64,000 bases of DNA from the human T2T-CHM13v2.0 reference genome, Homo sapiens: assembly GCF_009914755.1 (NCBI RefSeq), contig NC_060925.1; one strand, 5' to 3'. Position numbers and translations under genes: made by a program. A model generated the notes under the pieces. It was not told where the DNA came from. It made no database searches and saw nothing but the letters and a program-made list of their open reading frames with translations. This document shows positions 56,216 through 64,000 of the stretch, one piece after another. Positions within the stretch are counted from its first letter, which is position 1. Each line of letters starts with the position of its first letter.

Positions 56216-57390
56216 CTAGGAGAAAAAGAAAAAGCACGCCTTTATTAAAAAAAAAAAATGTCCTAATAACATGCCTCTTTCAATGAAGAAATCCTAAGGT
56301 TATTTTTAGAATAAAAATATTTGGACATCTTTTATTAACACACTGAAAGTGATGTCCATAACATAAATATCTAGTGTTTATACTGATCCAAAAGCCAGAA
56401 TAAATAACAGTTTTTAGTACAGAAACTGTGTTTCTTTGATTCTATAATATTACATATGAATCACTTGGGGAATTTTTAAAATAGGAAACAGTTTAATATT
56501 TTCTATAAGACACTTTTGTGTCATTTTTTGATTTCAGTGACAGCATCGAACATTATTATTCAATCAGATATACTACATAAATAGAAGAGTCTTGATTCTC
56601 ATTTATTGTACATTTAGGTAAATTTCATCTTAAGACAGCATTCACTGAGGAAAGAAAACGATCATCTGTGTAACTATATATGCAGATTACAGAAACCATT
56701 TTTCGAGGTTTCTTAAATTATTATTATTCACACTTGATTTCTCCTTCTCTTCTTTTTCCCCCTCCTGCACCTGCTCACCTTCTTTTCCTTCTTTAGAAAA
56801 GCCAATAAAATAATCTAATTTCTCTCCCATTTGCTTGAACTTACTTGACAAGGATCTAAAATGTGGCGCAAGGTAGAATGCAGCAATTTAAAACCAAAAT
56901 TAGGAGGCCTATTTCCAGTTTAGTTATTTTGTTAGCTAGCTTCAAGTAAACCTTCCCAGATCAGTTTCCTCATTTGTAATATTTGGTGGAGAAAAGTGAT
57001 ATATTCCATATGTCTGGTATATTCCAAGTGACATATTATTTTTTTTCTTCTGGTAATAGGATTCATTTCTTCTCAGTACATAAATTTCGGAGCTATTGAT
57101 GACAGCACAAAAAACAAAACAAAGAAACAGCAACAAAAACTAGGTAAGGTAACTTTTTTGGCTGGAAATGTTACATTCCACAGATTTTTCCCTCAATTGT
57201 CTAAGATTTTCTCTGTAACAAAAGGAGCTCTATATATCCTTTTTAATTTTTTTCGCATGGCAATTATCTGGTTAGCTTAGCTAAGACTGCAATGTTTACC
57301 TGGGTTTATCATTGTTTTTATATGTGTAACACCAGTCACTAGTCCTAAAAACTAGAAATATTACTTAAAAATAAAAAGTAAGTTGCTTAC

Positions 57391-57435
57391 AGCTTCACCT
57401 GGAAGACCTCTTGGTCCAATTTCTCCATCTTCTCC
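57391..57435 (-). CDS. COL11A1: COL11A1 exon ~20, 45 nt, GEDGEIGPRGLPGEA
   Basis: atgacAG|GGA...GCT|GTaagc. Confidence 0.96.
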
Positions 57436-57554
57436 CTGTCATTGACAAAATGAATGAGAGTATAGAACATTTGGACAATGTATCATTTCAACATGATTTT
57501 GTTTTATTATGTTTTAATTTTAAATATTTCTTAAGAAAAGAAGTATTAACATAC

Positions 57555-57608
57555 CCTCATTCCATCATCACCAGGAGGACCTGGAGGACCTTGAGGACCT
57601 CGTTCACC
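57555..57608 (-). CDS. COL11A1: COL11A1 exon ~19, 54 nt, [18 protein letters not shown]
   Basis: ttaacAG|GGT...AGG|GTatgt. Confidence 0.96.
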
Positions 57609-58736
57609 CTGTTAAATCAATACAAATAAGATTAGCATATGGAAAGAAGTAGAATGTTTACAAGTCTATCAGGTAGCTATCCAAACCAAATAAAACAGGA
57701 CATTTGGCAGGGAAAATATATGCTTTATTTACCCTCCTCAAAAAATTTTGCAGATAAATCATAATTTAACAACTTTAACTGGCTTTACATGTTAGTATGC
57801 TAATAATATTTTATAATTATAATATTTTCTCTCAATTTTCAATACAAAAGAGTTATGTAAAATAAGTATCTTAAATCGTTTTCAGACATTTAATTATTTT
57901 AAGCTAAATTGTTCAGAAACTTATTTTGCTGATGATTATATTAAATATGGATATATTTTGGTGATTTTGACTTAAATATTTTCTACTTCTAAGTAATTTA
58001 TATTAAATCAGCATAACTCAGGTGACTAAAGAAATCTGGTATTTTTTAAATGGATACAATTATGTCTTGATCTTAACATGTTAGACACATACTATATGTT
58101 CTGTCAGACATTCATAGGGTTTTCTTTCCTTTTACTATTTTTTTCTTCTCCAATTTACTTAAAGCTTATCTTATTCTCATTATTAATGCTGTTAAAGAAA
58201 GATGTGAAGATCTAAAGCTGATCTTTTTCTGAGAGATTGTCTGCATAGTTTCCTACTAAAATTATCTACTGGAATACTGTTCAGAATCATGGTTTCTTTA
58301 GCCTTCACAAATTACAAGTTCTTGCCTTGTACTGAAAGTTTTTACCATCACCAAAAAATAATATAGTGCCTAGTATATTACTGTATTAATGACAAACCAC
58401 CTACAGATGTCTTCTTTTGAGTATATGTCCACAGGCAAAAAGCAATGAAAAGGTTGAAGGAATTATTAAAAAATTAGAGGTAAAATTAAATGTCCACATT
58501 GCTCTTCTGTTTATGTGATATTTTCCAGGTAAATGTATATAAAGATTCTGATTCAATTTATGTTTGCATAAAAGGAATATTATAATGTCTAAAAATATTC
58601 AAAGAACTTACACTGATACCACATGTGTAATTTTACCTATTTTCCTTCTAGTATCTATTAGATTATTAAGTGGATTCACAAACGTTAAAATTAATTTTTC
58701 TTCTTTTTCTGATTTTGCAAATTGTTATCAATTCTA

Positions 58737-58886
<150 letters not shown>

Positions 58887-59011
58887 CTAGATATGTACTG
58901 CAATTTAAATGCGAAATATTCTCTCAGATTCAGAAAATGGATTTTTAAATATAAAATTTTCCAGAGTGAACTGACACAGGATGTGAATATAAAAATATGT
59001 GAGCTCCTGAC

Positions 59012-59065
59012 CTTTGCCCCAGGTTCTCCTGGCATTCCTCTTCCTCCATCTGCACCTGGACGACC
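59012..59065 (-). CDS. COL11A1: COL11A1 exon ~17, 54 nt, GRPGADGGRGMPGEPGAK
   Basis: attattAG|GGT...AAG|GTcagg. Confidence 0.96.
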
Positions 59066-59120
59066 CTAATAATGCCAACAGCATGATTAAGCGAAGTGAC
59101 TTTTATTACTAGCAAGGAAG

Positions 59121-59153
59121 TAAAATAAATAAATAAATAAATAAATAAATAAA
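59121..59153. repeat. (AAAT)n microsatellite in the 140-nt intron 16
   Basis: Directly visible. Confidence 0.92.
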
Positions 59154-59205
59154 ACTAATGATCATGGCAGATGCCTTCAAAATGCACAATGAAAATAAGC
59201 CATAC

Positions 59206-59259
59206 CCTTTTTCCAGGTTTTCCCGTTGGACCAGGGGGACCCTGGACGCCTCGAGGGCC
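59206..59259 (-). CDS. COL11A1: COL11A1 exon ~16, 54 nt, GPRGVQGPPGPTGKPGKR
   Basis: gatatAG|GGC...AGG|GTatgg. Confidence 0.96.
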
Positions 59260-59444
59260 CTATATCAAGACATCATAATTAAACCATATTATAGAATTCT
59301 TGATCAATAAACTCAATAGCATCAAGAGAGATGGTTTCAGAAACTAATATCCTCTTAGCGTTACCTTAATCATTCAAACACAAGAAAATTATTTCCATGT
59401 AAAAGTTCAGATAAAGCAGAAGACAAAAGGTTCATATCAAATAA

Positions 59445-59760
<316 letters not shown>

Positions 59761-60477
59761 CTTATCACTTATTAATTATATATGTAGACATGAGGTTACA
59801 TTTAAATAAAAGAAATAATTACACATTTTATTCCCCAAACCTTGGGGTTTTACATTTCCCTTGATGGAACACACTCTTAACTATCCATTCCATTTCTCTT
59901 CTCTTTCCAATCCCCTTTCTTTCACTTTCTCTCATTTGTTGGATGTTCTTTACTAGATATTTCTCCTTTCATTGCGCTTATAATGTTGGATTGTAATGGT
60001 CTTTTCTCATGTTTGAATCTCCCATTTAGATTGTGAACTGCTAAAGTCTTTAACCTATTTTTCCCCACTATACTCCTAAAATTTAGCACAGTGCCTGGTA
60101 CACATCTCTTTTAATTAGCTACAAAATTTTGGAGGACAATTTGCCAATCCCTGAAGCAAATTATTGACTGGCACCATACTATGTCAGATTAAAGGTTTAA
60201 AATTCTCATTATCTTTTTCTTCAGTAGCAGTACACCATAATGTGTCAATATATACTTTTCGTGGGGATCGATATACATATTTTAAAATAAAAGTGTACAG
60301 CTAATAATAGGTCAAATGTAGTTTCACTATAAATATTACATAGGCCTTCATATTTAACTAACTACATATACTATTTAAAGTTAATTGAAACAATATGCAT
60401 ATAATAAACATGGTAGAAAAAAATGAAACCCAAATTTGAAAATATAAATAATTTTTATAATCACTGTGAAATGTTCA

Positions 60478-60825
<348 letters not shown>

Positions 60826-61259
60826 CTACAGGTTAAAGAGTATGTAGCTTTGTAATGAGAAGACTGTACTCTGAACTCCAGTCTGAAGGCATGGGCCAAC
60901 AATAACAGTACAAATTTTTTTTTAGTTTTTAAATGAAAATAATCCTTCCTTTGATAACACATTTCTCTTTTTGGATTAAAGGAGTCAAGGAAAACTAAAA
61001 TCCAAAACAATTACTGCAATATGTTTTCAGCTTCATCTATTTTATAAAAAGAAAGTGTTGAGCAAAAAGTTCACAAACTTTGGGAAAAAATAAACTCTCT
61101 ACATTTTCATATAGTCTAATATCAGTATTTTTACACGATTCCCAGTTAAGCTGCATTTTCCATCCTTTTAATGGCAAAGTTAACCCAACATAAAAAAGAA
61201 GGCTACTATATCTTGAATCACCCAAATATCGTAATCAGTTTTCTCTGAATTTTTTAATT

Positions 61260-61375
61260 TCAAAATAAACCCTCATACATCAATGGAATACTACTCAGGA
61301 ACAAAAAAAAAATTAACTATTGATGCATTCTCGAAGGAATTATGCTGTATCAAAGAAGCCAGTCAAGAATAAAAA
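61260..61375 (+). mobile_element. Short old L1M 3' fragment next to the exon 15 donor
   Basis: caatggaatactactcag...aactattgatgca...ggaattatgctg...aagaagccagtc. Confidence 0.6.
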
Positions 61376-61395
61376 GTCAAATTTTTATTTTTTAC

Positions 61396-61449
61396 CTGAG
61401 GACCTGGATCACCACTCTCACCTTTGGCCCCAGATGAACCAGGCCCCCC
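61396..61449 (-). CDS. COL11A1: COL11A1 exon ~15, 54 nt, GGPGSSGAKGESGDPGPQ
   Basis: ctctatAG|GGG...CAG|GTaaaa; Gly-X-Y frame. Confidence 0.96.
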
Positions 61450-62064
61450 CTATAGAGAAAAAGTGAAGATATTTCACTTAATTTAGCAATTTCCTAACTA
61501 CTTTTATCCTGCCAATTGCACCTGAAATAATTAAACATTATTCAAAATATATTTAATCATATTAGCATTAACTTATTAATTAACACAGTAAAATTTTCCA
61601 GCACTTGCATTGAAATATATCTCTTCTCAATGTTGATTACATTCCAATTTGTGAGCAATAAAGGTCTATATTTTATGTAGCACTACACAGAAGCTAACCT
61701 CATGAAATCACATTGAAATTGTCTTTTGTGTGTGCACTATCAGAACTCATATGATGACACACAAAGCATTATTTATGACTACACTGTGATGTAGTAGTAG
61801 AGTAACCCATTATTACCAAATCAGATATACATGTAATCCATTTATACTGTAAGGACTTGACAAAATGTTACTGCTTTTATATTCAGATTTTTTTAGACTC
61901 TGAATTGTATGATAATAAAATGGCAAGAACCTGGTGTTATTGATACTATTATAATTGCCGTGAAATAGTGTTAACACATTTTTCCCAGGTTGGTTTGTTT
62001 TTTCCCATGAGAATAAGTCTGTATAACAAACATCTCTTAAATACATTTACATAATTAAGAAGGT

Positions 62065-62370
62065 GACCAGGCATGGTGGCTCACGCCTGTAATCCCAGCA
62101 CTTTGGGAGGCCAAGGCAGGTAGATCACCTGAGGTCAGGAGTTCGAGACCAGACTGGCCAATATAGTGAAACTCCGTCTCTACTAAAAATACAAAAATTG
62201 GCTGGGCATGGCATCGGGTGCCTGTAATCCCAGCTACTCAGGAGGCTGAGACAGAAGAATTGCTTGAAACGGACAGGCAGAGCTTGCAGAGAGCCAAGAT
62301 AGCACCACTGCATTCCAGCCTAGGTGCCAAGAGCAAAACTCCATCTCAAAAAATAAATAAATAAAAATAA
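62065..62370 (+). mobile_element. Alu (AluSx/Sq-like)
   Basis: Full dimer with (TAAA)n tail. Confidence 0.93.
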
Positions 62371-63550
62371 CTAAAATGTAAAAGGTGTAACAACAACCTG
62401 GCATGTGTACTAAAATAAATAAACAAAACATAAAATTGCTTTATAAACAAGTTGTGAGGTTTAAAATTAAACACTAGGCAACACATATCCCCAAAAACCT
62501 TCAGAACATTAAAAATAAACATGGTGATTATAGTTACTTCATGCTGAAATACTGTGTGTTCTAAAAGATTCTAATTTATTTAAATCCATACACATTCCAT
62601 TAAATACTACATCGTATAAAGTATGACAGAGATTTAAATTATGCTAAATCTGAAAAATGGTAGCAATTTATAGTCTCCTGGTGACTCCAAAGTAAAAGAA
62701 ATATTAACGATGCCCACAAAATACAAAAAGTCAAGTAACATGAATTTTCTAATCTTTAAAATTAAGAGAATAATGACTTTCAAGCTTCCAATGAAGAATT
62801 ATTGCAAATAAACTTCTGCAAGAAAAAAACTGGGGTTCTACATTAAATCAGATTATTAATCACTGAATTGAATGCAATTATGCAATTATAGAATGGACTA
62901 TTTTTAATTAATCGACTGTATTACATTCTCTGTATATAAGCACTACCTACTCAACAGATTATAATTCTTTTGCTCCAACATTTATTCTAAAAAATGTCAC
63001 ACAGTCATTGACTATAAAATAATAGGGAAAAAACAGATTTTCTACACTTCCTGAATGTTTTATGATACAGTCCTCCATTTGTCTATAAAGATAACTAGAT
63101 GTAAACAATTGGTTAAAATAATTTTCATAGGAAAAATGTACAGATGTCAAAATATCGATGTAGACTTTCTTTTCTAAATCTTAATCTAGTGAATACTTTT
63201 TTAGACTATAGAATTAAGAGATATTTGGAAGACTAATAATTTAATGTTTTGATGCAAACATCAAATTTGCATGTTTTGAAATGGTAAAAAGAAACAATAT
63301 GATTTTTTTCTCTCAATACCTACCTTCAATAATTAAGGAAGCTAAAACTTTCATATCAAAGTGATAAGTAGATAAAATTAATTAATTTTGCCTGTGACTT
63401 TGAGAATGTGTTTATGGGTGTCAATATTTTCTCTTTGCCAACAGTCTCTGGAAAATTGGCTGGCTCTTAATGGTTGTTTAATGAAAATAAGAACTGCTAA
63501 TATAATGTGCCTCCCTTGTTTCTGCTCATTGCTGCCGTTAGCCTCTATGA

Positions 63551-63999
<449 letters not shown>

Positions 64000-64000
64000 G

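Overview
This is AT-rich, repeat-rich primate (almost certainly human) genomic DNA lying entirely inside COL11A1 (collagen alpha-1(XI)), which is transcribed on the minus strand. Reading GT-AG junctions by hand gives 27 consecutive triple-helix exons between 61449 and 14803: 17 of 54 nt, 7 of 45 nt, 2 of 108 nt and 1 of 90 nt. Together they are 1539 nt (513 codons) of uninterrupted Gly-X-Y, all phase 0, running from GGPGSSGAKGES... to ...GPQGPPGPV. From recall of the reference cDNA these are exons 15-41 (about c.1630-3168); the numbering is recalled, while the boundaries are read from the sequence. Positions 1-14802 are one long intron. The supplied ORF track is almost entirely spurious. The introns carry 14 Alu/FLAM copies, five solo LTRs, L1/L2/MIR fragments and MER DNA transposons; subfamily names are from recalled consensus and unverified. 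I found no new protein-coding system. The best leads are non-coding and are hypotheses only: (1) a 34-bp hairpin whose mismatches are mostly G-U pairs on the transcribed strand; (2) an LTR8B-like element abutting the exon 30 branch-point region; (3) an in-frame (ATG)9 tract in place of the exon 18 polypyrimidine tract; (4) the only sense-oriented LTR; (5) a recursive-splice/microexon motif; (6) a consensus CTCF site; (7) inverted Alus bracketing stop-free exon blocks.
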